Assembly: GCF_018350175.1 (NCBI RefSeq)
Contig: NC_058373.1
Location: 109,680,001-109,744,000 of the forward strand
Direction: 5' to 3'
Source: Felis catus
Lineage: Eukaryota
DNA: 64,000 bases
Each line of letters begins with the position of its first letter. Position 1 is the first letter of the stretch. This document shows positions 27,196 through 41,260 of the stretch, one piece after another. Made by a program: the position numbers and the translations under genes. The notes under the pieces are model-generated. The model was not told the origin of the DNA. It saw nothing but the letters and a program-made list of their open reading frames with translations, and did not search any database.

Positions 27196-27445
27196 TGGGA
27201 ATGTAAGCTGATGCAACCACTCTGGAAAACAGTGTGGAGGTTCCTCAAAAAACTAAAAACAGAACTACCCTACGACCCAGCAATTGCACTACTAGGCATT
27301 TATCCAAGGGATACAGATGTGCTGTTTCGAAGGGACACATGCACCCCCACGTCTATAGCAGCACTATCAACAATAGTCAAAGTATGGAAAGAGTCTAAAT
27401 GTCCATCGATGGATGAATGGATAAAGAAGATGTGGTGTGTGTGTG

Positions 27446-27493
<48 letters not shown>

Positions 27494-27886
27494 GGAGTAT
27501 TACTCGGCAATCAAAAAGAATGACATCTTGTCATTTGCAACTACGTGGATGGAACTGGAGGGTATTATGCTAAGTGAAATCAGTCAGAGAAAGACAAAAA
27601 TCATATGAATTCACTCATAGGAGGACTTTAAGAGACAAAACAGATGAACATAAGGGAAGGGAAACAAAAATAATCTAAAAACAGGGAGGGGGACAAAACA
27701 GAAGAGACTCCTAAATATGGAGAACAAACTGAGGGTTGCTGGAGGGGGTGTGGGAGGGGGAATGGGCTAAACGGGTAAGGGGCACTAAGGAATCTACTCC
27801 TGAAATCATTGTTGCACTAGATGCTAACTAATTTGGAAGTAAATTTTTAAAAATAAAAAATAAAGTTAAAAAAAATAACATTTAAA
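27196..27886 (+). mobile_element. 5'-truncated felid L1 (ORF2 C-terminus plus 3' UTR)
   Basis: [31 protein letters not shown] and ILSFATTWMELEGIMLSEISQ; TSD aagaaatgcgattact (27180-27195) / aaaaaatgcaattact (27887-27902). Confidence 0.95.
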
Positions 27887-29134
27887 AAAAAATGCAATTA
27901 CTCATAAAAAGGCCTCGGGACACACGAGAACACAGGACATGCAGCTTCCATTTCCACCACTGCGAAGGGAAGGCTGATTTTAGTCTCGAGCTCGGCTGGA
28001 GCATCTGTAACTAAAATCTCAGTAAGATTTTGGAGGTACCACAGGTCAGAGTGGCCTGCAAGAGACGAATACACGTGGCAGAAATGCAAAAGCACGAACA
28101 GTAAAGCAGCAATCTCACTGAGAAACTAGAAGGGTCCTGGCAGTAATGAAAGAACAGGAAAAAGAGCAGTAAGAATACAAACGTAGAGACTTCTCTTCCG
28201 TATCCTTCCCTCACTAATGCGCAGAGAGAACTGACTGATGTTCGGTAGCATCTTGTTTGTGGTTCTGAGAAATAAACCAAAGAATTTCCACTCTGGGAAG
28301 GCCCCCAAAGACCATTTGTCTGGCCCAGTGCCACTGCCTCATCTTACGAGTGAGGAAACAGAAGGCCAAAGAATTGGAGCTGCGTGCTGCTGGAGGGCAT
28401 TCAGCTGACAGGTCGGAAGTCCAGGTGCCCCAACTTCCGGTTCCCAGCCCAGCATCTCCAGTGTCTTACCTGGTATTTCACAATGCCTCTCCTGTGTCCT
28501 AATCTAGATGGGATTCGCATTTATGTTGAAAATTATTTTGACGGTGGTAGCTATTTTGAACAGACATTTCTCACACTTCATTTTACTATCCTGCAGATCA
28601 TTTAAACAGATCCTCAGAGTTTTCCCATCTATGGAGGTGGTGGTGGATATATTTTGGGTACTATGAGTTTTTCTTATAGGAACGTATCTCCTCTTTGATC
28701 TTGGAAGTCTATGACAAATAAATGTGTTTTAAAAAGTCAGCGTCAAGTGCAACTTTTCAAGAAACAAACTTACGTTAATGAAAGTACGACTTGGTTTTCA
28801 GAAGCCAATGCCCTAGATTTATTTCTACTTGAACTAAATCAGATTGGGTGTATCATCTCCCATTCAAATAAATACACCAAGGTGCCAAATGAGATGCACA
28901 ATTACACTGCCAAATGCTACAGCTTTTTTTCACCAACTAAGTCTTTATGACAGGAGAAAGTTTATAATGACTAAATTCTAAGCTCAAGATTTAGGACACA
29001 ATACTAAAATGGACCTAAATAATTTTTATAGACGTATAAGGTTAGTTGTTGACAAAGCAAAGACAGTAAATACCCATATGGAAAACTACACAATGAATTA
29101 ATTAGAAATATGATCATCACAAAATAACAACAGT

Positions 29135-29345
29135 TAAAATTTACAGAGTACTTATTGGGGAAAGATACAGCTTTAAGTGCTTTCCACATGATAATTCATT
29201 TACTTCTTACAACCCCCTATGCAGATACTATTATCCCCACTTTACAAACTAGGAAACCAAGAAAGAGACAAATTAAATCACAAGTGCACCATCAGAGAGC
29301 CAGGATTTCAACCCAGGCAGTGGAGCTCCAGAGTCTGCATAGAAA
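29135..29345 (-). mobile_element. MIR remnant
   Basis: ctttaagtgctttccacatg...tactattatccccactttacaaactaggaaacc...ggatttcaacccaggcagt. Confidence 0.75.
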
Positions 29346-29369
29346 ATGCTAACAAGATATAAAGATGGT

Positions 29370-29655
29370 GTAAATTCTACACGAATGTCCAGAAGAGGCA
29401 AACCCAAAGATTAGTGGTTACCTGAGGTTGAAGGAGGAGGACGGCGGGGGCGGGGGGGGGGGGTGCTGGAGGGGCAGAGAGAGAAATGGGCAGTGACTAC
29501 TAATGAGTATAGGGTTTCTTTCTGAGGTGATAAAAATGTTCTAAAATTAGACTATGGTGATGGCTACACAAATCTGTGAATATACTAGAAACGAATGAAT
29601 TGTACACTTCAAATGGGTAAACTGCATGGTACATGATTATATCTCAATAAAGCTG
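29370..29655 (+). mobile_element. L1MB-type 3' end
   Basis: gaatgtccagaagaggcaaa...gtttctttctgaggtgataaaaatgttctaaaattag...tatatctcaataaagctg. Confidence 0.85.
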
Positions 29656-30419
29656 TGTTGTTGTTTTTTTAAAATGGTGGTGAGATATATTCAAAACTGA
29701 ACCACACTCAATAGGAAAAAAAATGGAGATGACAGTTATGTAACTTGCTAGGAAAGCAGTTTGAATTCTCTATTTTTGCAACTTTAAATATAATTTTTTT
29801 TTTTTTAAGTTTTGGGTTTGTTTGTTTTTTTTTTAATGAAACCAACAACGGCATAGAGTAGAAGACGCCTGATTTAGAGGCAGGAAGTCCTGGCCCTACG
29901 CCCATAACTTCCCTTCTATAAATTATGTAAATAATGAGGTTGATAGTATTCATTCTCATTCCCTCATTTGCCAAAAGGACCAAATGAAACATGATGTAAT
30001 GAAAATGCTTCTAAAATAATCAAATGCCACCTATAGGAAGAATAAATGTTACCATGTTAAGATTTTGTAAAATCAAAATATCAGTGAAAGATTACAAGAA
30101 AATTATCCAAAAAAGGCACATGAAAGCTCAAGAAACATAGTAATAGTGTAATAATAATAAACAGTTAATTCTTAGTGAGCACTCACTGTGTGCCACAATG
30201 TTCAGAGCACTACTCATCTGTTGCGTCACTTAATTCTCACAACAAGCCTATAAGATAAACACTACCTTTATTAGCCCCATTCAAGGCACCTGCCACAAGG
30301 TGCACACTTAACAAGTAGCTGAGCTGCAGTATGGATTTAAGCACACTGGCCCCAGAGTCCATAATCTAATCTAACCCAGTATGGACACTACTCTGAAAAC
30401 GAAAATGATTAACATTTTT

Positions 30420-30960
30420 TGAGACTCATTTATTCGACTCATTCACTGGGGCCCTTACGCAAGGCAAGTAAGATACAGTTGTGACCCTCAGGGCACTTAC
30501 CCTGTAATGAGGAAACCAGGCAAACACACCCCAAATGCCAAGTGCTCTAAGAATGTTGAGGACACTGTGAGAGTACAGAGTGGGGGTATCTCCTTGAGGC
30601 CAGGGAGGTCACAGGCTTCCTGCAGGTGACATCTGAGCTACACTTTGTCAGATCGAGAAGAGTCCACCAAGAAGAAAAGGAGGAAGAAGAAGAGCCAGAA
30701 TAACAGAAGGAATGATCAAGGGAGCAAAGACTAGAAGAGGGGAGATAAATCCAGAGCACAGACGGAAAAATGAATTTACTGAACTGAACACCTTCTCCAC
30801 TGAAATAAGATGGGAAACACTTAGATGCACACATGAGAGACAGGGCAGAAAGTTCACAAAGTTCAGGACGATTCACGTCTGTTGGCCATCACAAAGGAGG
30901 TATGTCCGTTGTGGGGTGTGGAGAAGAAGCGGGGAATGGAGCAGGATAAGACTAGAGACT
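30420..30960 (-). mobile_element. LINE-2 3' remnant
   Basis: tcatttattcgactcattc...ggcttcctgcaggtgacatctgagcta. Confidence 0.6.
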
Positions 30961-31610
30961 TAGGGAGAAAGTAGTTCTCTCATTTATCTGCCAAATTAAT
31001 CTTTCTAATTTTATTCCCATTTTACAGGTGAGCTAACTGTGACTCAGAGGGGTTAAGCTAAAGGTCACACACAGGTAAAAAGCCGCATATCCCAAAAGCT
31101 TGTGATCTTCCACTCACTCTATCATGCTTCTTCTATGAACACAAGAAACCTTTTTATTGCCACTAGCCAGCACTTATTTTGATTCTTTCTACCTGGAAGC
31201 TGGAAAGGATGAGAAGGGAACCGCAGAAAAGTACACATTGTGTCATAAATCATGATTCTTCGAAACGCAGGGAAGCAGAACATGAACACTCTCCTTCCTC
31301 AAACTACAAGCAAGTAATGCTCGGGCTCAGTTTTCACAAGGGAAAAAATAAATAAATAAACAAAAAAAACCTCAGTGGGTCTCCAAACTGAATAGATACA
31401 CAGCTGATTGAAGCAGGAACACATACCACCCAATACTCTAGGAGCACGACTTTGTATTCTTTGTATTTCAGTCTTGTGATTCAACAAGCACTAATCTAAT
31501 CAGGAGGCGTACTATCAGTCGGAGAAGCCAATTACTCAATTTGACTTGATAAAAAGGCAAGTTAATATAAATTATTCGTAATGATGACTTGTTAAACTTT
31601 CACCAGGTCA

Positions 31611-31835
31611 GGGGCGCCGGGGCGGCTCAGTCAGTTAAGCGGCCGACTTCGGCTCAGGTCATGATCTCATGGTTTGTGAGTTTGAGCCCCACGTCGGGCT
31701 CTATGCTGACAGCTCAGAGCCTGAAGCCTGCTTGAGATTCTGTCCCTCTCTCTCTGCCCCTCCCCCAGTCTCTCTCTCTCTCTCTCTCTCTCTCAAAAAT
31801 AAACATTAAAAAATTTAAAAAAAAAAACAAACCAA
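31611..31835 (+). mobile_element. CAN-SINE
   Basis: Full body; degenerate TSD ...ccaggtcag / ...ccaggttag. Confidence 0.95.
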
Positions 31836-32131
31836 AAACGTTTACCAGGTTAGTTATAATACTGGGATAGGAAAAAAGAAAGTTATTTGGACTATTAACA
31901 AATAAATTCAGAATTATTTTCAAAACTATGAATTATACAAATACAGCTGCCACCGCCACCAACCCTACCCCCTACCGCCCTAAAAAAAAACTTAAATAAT
32001 ACACACCAAAATGTTTGAAATATCTCTGGAGCTGAGAGTAGGGATGATTTTTTTTTTAATCTTTTCATAATGTTAATCTATATATTCTGTGATAATACAC
32101 GCATGACTTTTGTAACTACAAAAGTTTCCTG

Positions 32132-32289
32132 GGGCACCTGGTTGGCTCAGGCGGTTGGTTAAGTGTCCAACTTCGGCTCAAGTCATGATCTGTGGTTCTT
32201 GAGTTCGAGCCCACATCATGCACACGCACGCATGCGCTCTCTCTCCTCTCTCTCTCTCAAAAATAATAAACATTTTAAAAAAGAAAAAA
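32132..32289 (+). mobile_element. Internally deleted CAN-SINE
   Basis: Head and tail present, middle missing. Confidence 0.85.
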
Positions 32290-32350
32290 TTTCCTTTTCT
32301 CTTTTTTGGAAAAAGACCAAAAACACATTCAACTATTCACATATGAACAA

Positions 32351-32386
<36 letters not shown>

Positions 32387-32422
32387 TGTGTGTGTTTACA
32401 AGGCTTCTAAAGGGAATGTTTA

Positions 32423-33813
32423 TGGCACAAAAACAAACAGATCAATGGAACAGAATAGAGAACCCAGAAATGGACCCACAAACGTATGGCCAACTAACCT
32501 TTGACAAAGCAGGAAAGAACATCCAATGGAATAAAGGCTGTCTCTTCAGCAAGTGGTGCTGGGAAAACTGGACAGCAGCATGCAGAAGAATGAACCTGGA
32601 CCACTTTCTTACACCATACACAAAAATAAACTCAAAGTGGATGAAAGACCTAAATGTGAGACAGGAAACCATCAAATCTTCAAGGAGAAAGCAGGCAAAA
32701 ACCTCTTTGACCTTGGCCTCAGCAACTTCTTACTCAACACGTCTCCAGAGGCAAGGGAAACAAAAGCAAAAATGAACTACTGGGACCTCATCAAAATAAA
32801 AAGCTTCTGCACAGCAAAAGAAACAATCAACAAAACTAAAAGTCAATCGATAGGATGGGAGAAGATATTTGCAAACGACATATCAGATAAAGGGTTAGTA
32901 TCCAAAATCTATAAAGAACTTATCAAACTCAACACCCAAAAACAAATAATCCAGTGAAGAAATGGGCAGAAGACATGAATAGACACTTCTCCAAAGAAGA
33001 CATCCAGATGACCAACCGACACATGAAAAAATGCTCAACATCACTCATCATCAGGCAAATACAAATCAAAACCACAATGAGATACCACCTTACACCTGTC
33101 AGAATGGCTAACATTGACAACTCAGGCAACAACAGATGTTGGCGAGGATGCGGAGAAAGAGATCTCTTTTGCACGGCTGGTGGGAATGCAAGCTGGTGCA
33201 GCCACTCTGGAAAACAGTGTGGAGGTTCCTCAAAAAACTAAAAATAGAACTACCCTATGACCCAGCAATTGCACTACTAGGTAGTTATCCAAGGGATACA
33301 GCTGTGCTGTTTCAAAGGGACACATGCACCCCAACGTTTATAACAGCACTATCAACAACAGCCAAAGTACAGAAAGAGCCCAAATGTCCATCAATGGATG
33401 AATGGATAAAGAAGATGTGGTATATATCTACAATGGAGTATTACTTGGCAATCAAAAAGAATGAAATCTTGCCATTTGCAACTACATGGATGGAACTGGA
33501 GGGTGTTATGCTAAGCGAAATTAGTCAGAGAAAGACAAATATCATATGACTTCACTCATATGAGGACTTTAAGACACAGAACAGATGAACACAAGGGAAG
33601 GGAAGCAAAAATAATATAAAAACAGGGAGGGGGAAAACAGAAGAGACTCTTAAATATGGAGAACAAACAGAGGGTTACTGGAGGGACTGTGGGAGGGGGG
33701 ATGGGCTAAATGGGTAAGGGGCACTAAGGAATCTACTCCTGAAATCGTTTCACTATATGCTAACTAACTTGGATGTGAGTTAAAAAAATAAAACTCTCAA
33801 AAAAAATTAAAAT
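32423..33813 (+). mobile_element. 5'-truncated felid L1, about 1.4 kb, with frameshifted ORF2 C-terminal region
   Basis: [80 protein letters not shown] in shifting frames; TSD aaagggaatgttta / aaatggaatgttta. Confidence 0.97.
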
Positions 33814-33906
33814 AAATGGAATGTTTACATCAAAATCATCTTTAGCAACTGTATATTCCTTAAGACAAGTCAATCAATAGTACTTTAAATTAAAATATTC
33901 CTTACT

Positions 33907-34115
33907 GGGGTGCCTGGATGGCTCAGTCAGTTAAGCATCCGACTCGATTTTGGCTCAAGTCATGATCTCACAATTCGTAAAATCAAGCTCCATGTCACGC
34001 TCTACACTGGAGCCTGCTTGGGATTCTCTCTCTCCTCTCTCTGCCCCTCACCCCTCACATGCACACATGAGCGTGCGCTCTCTCGCTCTCTCAAAATAAA
34101 CTTTAAAAATATATA
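33907..34115 (+). mobile_element. CAN-SINE
   Basis: Head ggggtgcctggatggctcagtcag, (CT)-rich linker, aataaa. Confidence 0.9.
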
Positions 34116-34944
34116 TATTACTTATCACAAACTTACTAAGTTATAACATAAAGCAGTGGCAGAAAAATAACTCTAAAAATTAAAAAAGAACATTCATTAA
34201 GTTTAAGACTATGTAGCTAATCTTAAATCATTTTTTATGACAGTTCCTTTCTAAATAAGAGACAAATAGTACCACCATTTTTTCTAGTATATGAAATTGA
34301 CACCAAACATTAGAAGAAGTTGAAATACAGTTACTGTGTGCTATGGAGAATATGGAAGCCTAGGATGATTCTTATTTCAAGGCATTTAAAATCTTATTTT
34401 GAGAAATAGAATATTTTTACATTAAAAGACACAGGGCCAGCACATACTATCATGCAGTGTACAACCTGTGAAGCTGTACATGGGAGCCCTGAAAAGATAT
34501 ACTAAGTAAGGCAGGCAAATATCCAGGAATGGTCTAATGAGCAACACGGACCGTAAATCAAGAATTACACACTCAATATTCACAAGAGCCAAATAAGGAA
34601 AGACTATGAGTAAAACCAGCTCATTGAAAATAAGGCAGCAGCACAAATGTGAAGGTAAACAACAAATGACCCTTGTCCAAAATGAAGGAGGTCAGGGGAC
34701 AAGTAAGACTTAAAAACTGTAAAGTAACAAATGTTGCAAATCAGCTCCAACCAGTCATTACCATGAGAGTTAAAAATACTTTTTATAAGTAGTTCCTGAT
34801 ATCTAAATGTTGGCAATTTTTTTAAAACTACCATATCTACACAGGAGTTTAGAGGAAGGAACCATTAGGGTGGACTAAGCTAGAAAAGACAGCTTATCGG
34901 GAAGCCCACCTCAGCTTAGAAGCTGAGCTCTAAGGAGACAGGAG

Positions 34945-35360
34945 GGGGTGCCTGGCAGGCTCAGTCAGTGAACCATACGACTCATGCTCTGGGGGTTGTG
35001 AGTTCAAACCCCACGTTGGGTGTAGACATGACTTAAAATACTATCTTTAAAAATAAAAAAGAGAGGAGCGCCTGGGTGGCTTAGTCAAGTTAAGCATCTG
35101 ACTCTGGATTTCGGCTCAGGTTATGATCTCACAGTTCACAGGTTCAAGCCCCACATGGGGCTCTGCACTGGCAGTGGGAAGCCTGCTAGTGACTCTCTCT
35201 CCCTCTCTCTCTGCCCCTCCCCTGCTCTCTCTCATTCCCAAAATAAATAAGTAAACTTAAAAAAAAAGATACAGTCTTTAAAAAAATAATAAAAACATAT
35301 ACATACATATATACATACATACATACATACATACATACATACATACATACATACATACGT
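34945..35360 (+). mobile_element. Two tandem CAN-SINEs followed by (TACA)n
   Basis: Heads at about 34945 and 35065; (taca)n about 35298-35358. Confidence 0.9.
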
Positions 35361-35784
35361 AAAATAAAAAGAGAGAAAGACAGGAGATGCATTTCCAACT
35401 TGGGTAATAATGACAGGGCAAAGGCACTGAGGCCATTAAAGAACATGGGGTAGGGGGCAGCAGGCTGAGGACAGGCCAACTGGCCTGTGTGGGAGGAGTG
35501 ATAAGAGATCAGAAAGGAACACTGTGACGCTTCCAAACCACTGTCCAGTCACGGCTCGCAGCCTCTGAACCATCTGGCCTGCAGGTATCCAGAAGAGATC
35601 TCATCAGAACCACTGGGGAGAGATGGGGAGAAGTGACAGCACAAACCAACTCCTCAGGTGGTTCTTTGGCACATGAAGTTTGAAAACAACTGTTCCCCAG
35701 CAAGGAAGTAACATAATGAAACCAGTAAGGGCAAAACCCAGTACATTTAAGTCACATTTTAAATGCTGCAAGGAAGACAGTTGA

Positions 35785-36000
35785 TTTTTTTTTTTTAAGT
35801 TTATTTATTTATTTTGAGAGACAGAGAGAGTGTGTGCATGAGCAGACAAGGGGCAGAGAGAGACGGAGAGAATCCCAAACAGGCTCCATGCCGTCAGCAC
35901 AGAGCCCGACGCGGGGATCGATCTCACCAACAGTGAGATCACGACCTGAGCCGATATCAAGAGTCAGGCGCTTAAATCGTCTGAGCCACCGAGGCGCCCC
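35785..36000 (-). mobile_element. CAN-SINE
   Basis: TSD aggaagacagttg / aggaagacaactg. Confidence 0.95.
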
Positions 36001-36716
36001 AGGAAGACAACTGTTTTAAAAGATACTGTTTTAATACTCCTGACTACTCTCTTTCTCCAAAATCATGTTACTGTATTACGTATTGTAATGAGTTTCTCAT
36101 CTAAATATCATAGTCTGACTCCTCTACATGAAGTAAAACTATGAGAATTGCATGAGGGCTTTGAACGCCTTTATTACAAAGGCTCAGATGGCAGAATGTG
36201 AAGAAAACCACTTGGAAAAAACTCCTATCAACTCAAACAAACAAACAAAATTCTCCTTTACGAGGAAGGGCACAGTCCTGAGTCCAAAAACAAAACAAAA
36301 TAGCAAAACTCTTTGAAGTTCTGATTAAGCATGCAGTACCAAAAATCACATGCCAGCATCCTAAGTCCAAAACTGTAATATGTAAGTTCATTACTCAGAA
36401 ATGAATAGGGAGTATGAGAAGTTAGTTCTAAATAACTCTCCCATCTACTTCCAAATGGAAAAGGAAAAAAAAAAAAAAAAAATCAGCCACACTACCACTT
36501 TCCTCAAGTAACCACTTGTGAGACCTGTACATATTGTATGGATTATAAACTTCAGAGTTCTGATTTCACCAAACAGGCCTCATGTTTTCTTGACAACAGA
36601 GGTTTTTCTTGGCAATCAAAAGAACCCCATCCAAGAAGTCAATCAAGTAATTCTTGAGAACTATTTATATGGCATATTAAAATGTCAGGGGAATGAAATA
36701 TAAAAAACATAGGTTA

Positions 36717-36918
36717 GGGGCACCTGGTTGGCTCAGTCAGTTGGGTGTCCGACTCTTAATTTTGGATTGGGTCATGATCTTCTGGTCATGAGATCCAGCC
36801 CCACATCAGACTCCAATGAGTGCGGAGCATGGAGCCTGCTTGGGATTCTCTCCATCTCTCTCTCCCTCCCTCTGCCCCTCCACCCCCATAAAAATTAAAA
36901 TTAAAATTACATTAAAAA
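36717..36918 (+). mobile_element. CAN-SINE
   Basis: TSD-like aaaaacataggtta / aaaaacatagctta. Confidence 0.9.
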
Positions 36919-38569
36919 CATAGCTTATATAGTCTAAACATAGTCTAATTGGGGACAGAAAACCAACACCAATGAAAAGCAGCAACTTTCAAAATGCAAG
37001 AGACTTTGCCACATGTCTTCTTCACATTATAATCCGCAGGGCAGAGCCTAAAATATGTGTTCATTAAACACTCAAATGAATGCTATTATACTCACCTTTG
37101 TCACTCCAGCATTTCCAGGTTCCTAGTACAGTGTTTGCTGAATGAATGAATGAATGAATGAATGAATGAAAGGGTGCAGTACACATGAATATGTCTTACA
37201 TGACTTACGATAAGAAAAGAGAAATCACTGAGGACTAAAGTCATCAAGAAATATTTCATGGGGAAGACAATGTCTTGAACCATGAAATCTTACAGCTGCA
37301 AGAAGTCTTACAGCATTAAGCATTAGTGGAATCATGTAATCTGGTAACTCCCAAGCACAATTCCAAAGAGGCCAAAAGCAGCTTTGCACCTCAAAGGTTA
37401 AGAAGAGAATTAAACAGGGTGGTAACTACTTTAAAACTGAGGAAATCCACATGGACAGTGGGTATTATGAAAAAGCAAGAACAACCTGCTCACACACTCA
37501 ATCCTTCACCGTTCATCAGCTCTCCCCACACCATCCCCCACACTCAAAACATCAGGCAAGGGAAGCAGAGGTCATGGAGCCAGCCTATCTCTACTCTGTC
37601 AGAGTTTGGACTGCACCTAGAAAATCTCTTTTTCTGAGGATTTAACTCCTCACGTCCGTCTGCATATACTCTACAATCTTATCTAAACAGGTTCAGGAAA
37701 GCTGAAAACCAATAATCTAGACTAGATGCATCGCCTCTTTCACTTTCCAGAACTCCCCAAAGAAACTCGTCCATTCACAGGCCAACAGTTATACTTACCA
37801 CCCTACTACACTTGCCAGAAGCTCGGGCCTGGAACATAATGGACATAGCACCTGCCTCCCAAGCAATCACTGGGCAGGGGATAAAGACAGTAAAACAAAC
37901 TACAAAAGAGAGCAGGAGTATAACAGGTATGAGAAAGTATACACTGTAGGAATCCAAGAGAGCAACTGACAACTTTGTATAAAAAGCCGAGCAAGGCTAT
38001 CAAGAAAAGGCAGTGTTTCTTTCGACTGTGCATTCACTTAACAAAGATTTGCTAAGCATATACTACCCGCCAGGCACCGCATGGACACAACAATGAACAT
38101 TTGCCCTGGATTCTCAAAGACTAAATGGGGAGCTTATGACATAAAGCAGAGTAGGGGGTAGGGAAGGCATTCTTCACCAAAGCACATGTAGAGTTGTGAA
38201 CTAAGAATGGGGTATGAGAGATTTCTATGTGTGTGAAATTGTGAGCATGTCTGGAGTAGAGTGCAGAGAGCATATGCTAAAAAAAAGAGCAAGCCAGCTT
38301 GTGGGAGAGTTTTAAATGCCAAACATAACTGTTTAGATTTTATCAGTTATGGACAACAGGAAACCAATAAGCATTTAGGAAGAAGGAAGTGATATGATCA
38401 ACTTGGATTTATTAGGAAACGATCACTTTTGTGGGGGAAAAAATGGTGTAGGCAGGGCAAGCAGTTACCTGACCAATGTCAACCAGCTTATTAGTGGCAA
38501 AACCAAAGCCCAGGTGCTCTGGTTCCTAGCCCAATATTCTGCAGAATAGCTAGGGATTAAAAAGCAGTA

Positions 38570-39850
38570 ATAATGGCACAAGCAATAAAAGAAAAAAATA
38601 AATAAACGGGAGTTCATCAAGACCAAAAACATTTCTGCTTCTAAGCACACCATCGAGAAAGTGAAAAGACAAACTGCTGAATGGCAGATTTATATATACT
38701 TATATACATATAAATTTACATAGGGGTGCCTGGGTGGCTCAGTCGGGTAAGTGTCCGACTTCCACTTAGGTCATGATCTCATCGTTATGGGTTTGGGCCC
38801 CACGTCAGGCTCTGTGCTGACAGCTCAGAGCCTGGAGCCTGCTTGGGATTCTGTGTCTCCCTCCCTCTCTGCTGCTCCCCCGCTCATGCTCGGTCTCTCT
38901 CTCTCTCTCTCTCTCAACAAAAAAAAAATAAAACAGTAAAAAAAAAAAAATGTTTTAATATATATATAAATTTATATATTTATAAATCATATATCTGATA
39001 AGGGACTTGTACTCAAGAATTCTTACGATTTGATAACAAAAAAACAAACCAAAAATGGGCAAATGATTTGAACAGACTTTTCTCCAAAGATACACAAATG
39101 GCCAATGAAAACATGAAAAGATGCTCAGCATCATGAGCCACCAGGGAAATGCAAATCATACCCAACTGAATGGCTAGAATCAAAAAGACAAAAAATAACA
39201 AGTGTTGGCAGGGATGTAGAGAAATTGGATCCCTTAGATTGCAAGTGGGAATGCAAAGTGGTGTAGCTACTTTGGAAAAAAAACAGCTCGGCAGTTCCTC
39301 AAAAAGTTAAACATAGAGTTACCATATGACCCAGCAATTCCACTCCTGAAGTATTACCCAAAAGAAGTGAGAACACATCCACACAAAAGCAAAGTAGCAT
39401 TATTCATAATAGCCAAAAAGTGGAAACAACCTGAATGTTCACCAGCTGATGAATGGATGAACAAAATGTGGTACAACACAATTAGTATTCATTCAACAAT
39501 TTAAAGGAATGATACATGCTATGCCATTGGTGAACCTGGAAAGTATTATTCCAAGTGAAAGAAATCAGTCACAAAGGGCCACACAGTATATGATTCCACC
39601 TATATGAAATGTCCAGTATAGGCAAATCTGTGCACAGGAAGTACATTATGGTCACCTAGGGCTAGGAGTGACAGGGGTGGAGGTAGGAGAAGGGGAAGTA
39701 ACCAGTAACGAGTAGAGTTTCTTTTAGGAGGAACAAAAATGTTCTAAAAGTAGACAGCAGTAATGGTTGCACAAACCTGCAAATATACTGAACACTTTAA
39801 ATGGGAGAATGGTATGGTGTGTAAATGATATCTCAATGAAATTGTTTAAA
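38570..39850 (+). mobile_element. Old L1MB-type ORF2 end plus 3' UTR, interrupted by a + CAN-SINE (about 38723-38955)
   Basis: catatatctgataagggacttgta, atgaaaagatgctcagcatca, accatatgacccagcaattccactcct, ending tatctcaatgaa. Confidence 0.9.
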
Positions 39851-40914
39851 CAAAAAACAGTAAGAAAGAAGTTAGGTATTTTAGGCCAGGGGAAGAGAAA
39901 AAATAAGATGAGGAAGCAGTGAGCGCTAAACGACTGTTGTTAATGGGGCCTTCAAAAACTCCCAAGATGCCTTGCAGAAAGAAAGGATTTAGGGCCCACA
40001 AGGACTGGGCAAAGAGTAACAAGGGGCACCTTCTGCCCGTCTGTCGGCTGTGAGTAGGAAGCACCTGCTAAAGCCCTTCAGCCCTGGCAGTCTAAATACC
40101 CGACCTGCTAATTATCTTGCTCCTGGATGAATCGGGAGGACAGCAGTGTGAGTACCTTCCAGAAGCCACGGGATAAACACAGAGCCATTACGCTTACTAA
40201 AAACACCAACTTGTAGAATGAAGCTAATATATTATGAAATGCAAAAATCTCTGAATTTTTAAAGCAGAAATACGAGACTTCAAAGAAATTGCAGGATTTT
40301 GGCAATTCTCTTATTCCTAAGGATACCTGAGTGGATAAATTTGAGCATCATCTTAGGAAACTGTCAGACACCCAACAGGAAGAACCCTATTCTTCCAGAG
40401 CCTTGGTGATATCCTTTCTCTCTGCAGAGGCTTAGCTTGAGTGGCTCCTAATTGCCTTAGAAACAAATGCAATTGCCAAATTGAAGCCTGCAAGCCCTCA
40501 CTCCACTCACCAGGCACCCCTGTCCCCAACACTCTCCTGTACACACCAGTGTCCTCTTCCTGCTCCCGTGGCTCTCTGGCCTCCGCTACCAGGTATATGC
40601 TTTTCCCTCCTCACACACTTCACGCTCCTCTCTTTGGAGCTGCTGTGCACACGTGAAAGGCCCTGCCCATTCCTCACCAAACCACCCCACTCGCTAGCTC
40701 CACCCTCCCCACACCCCGCCAAGCTATAGTCCTTAGGAATGCTATGGCCTCTGCCAGTCACCCCCATCCTGTCCCTCTCACAGACTGCATGTATTCAGTA
40801 TTTTCATAGGGGCCAAAACACCACACAAGACTATGCCCTGGTGCCAATTTAAGCCCTTCTGGTACCAGCATTTTTCTAGATTCTTGAGAAAGTACGCCTT
40901 CTCCAGCAAACATT

Positions 40915-41260
40915 TCCTGAGCATTTACTGTATGCCTTTTCTAGTATTAAGCCTCTGACATACATAACCTTTATTTCTTACAACAAATCTAAGAGACAAG
41001 CTCTGTCAGCACCCCCTCCTTTTTTTTTAATTAAGTAGGCTCCACGCCCAGAGTGGGGCTTGAACTCACAGCCCAGAGATCAAGAGTCGCATGCTCCACC
41101 CACTGACCAGCCCCCGGGACCTCCTTTTTTATCACAAAGGAAGCTGAGATGTAGAGAGGTTAAATAACTTATTTAAGACCATTCAAATAGTAAATGGCAA
41201 AAACTAGACCAAAACCCTAGCCTGTCTGCCTCCAAAGTGCATGTTCTTAACCCCGGCCCT
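40915..41260 (-). mobile_element. MIR remnant interrupted by a short - CAN-SINE (about 41019-41120)
   Basis: gaagctgagatgtagagaggttaaataactt...gtaaatggca...ctgtctgcctccaaagtgcatgttcttaac. Confidence 0.7.

Noticed and set aside
32356..33549. Overlapping ORFs encoding L1 ORF2 C-terminal peptides
   Set aside because: 5'-truncated and frameshifted, with no promoter, ORF1, endonuclease or RT core; a dead insertion rather than a CDS.
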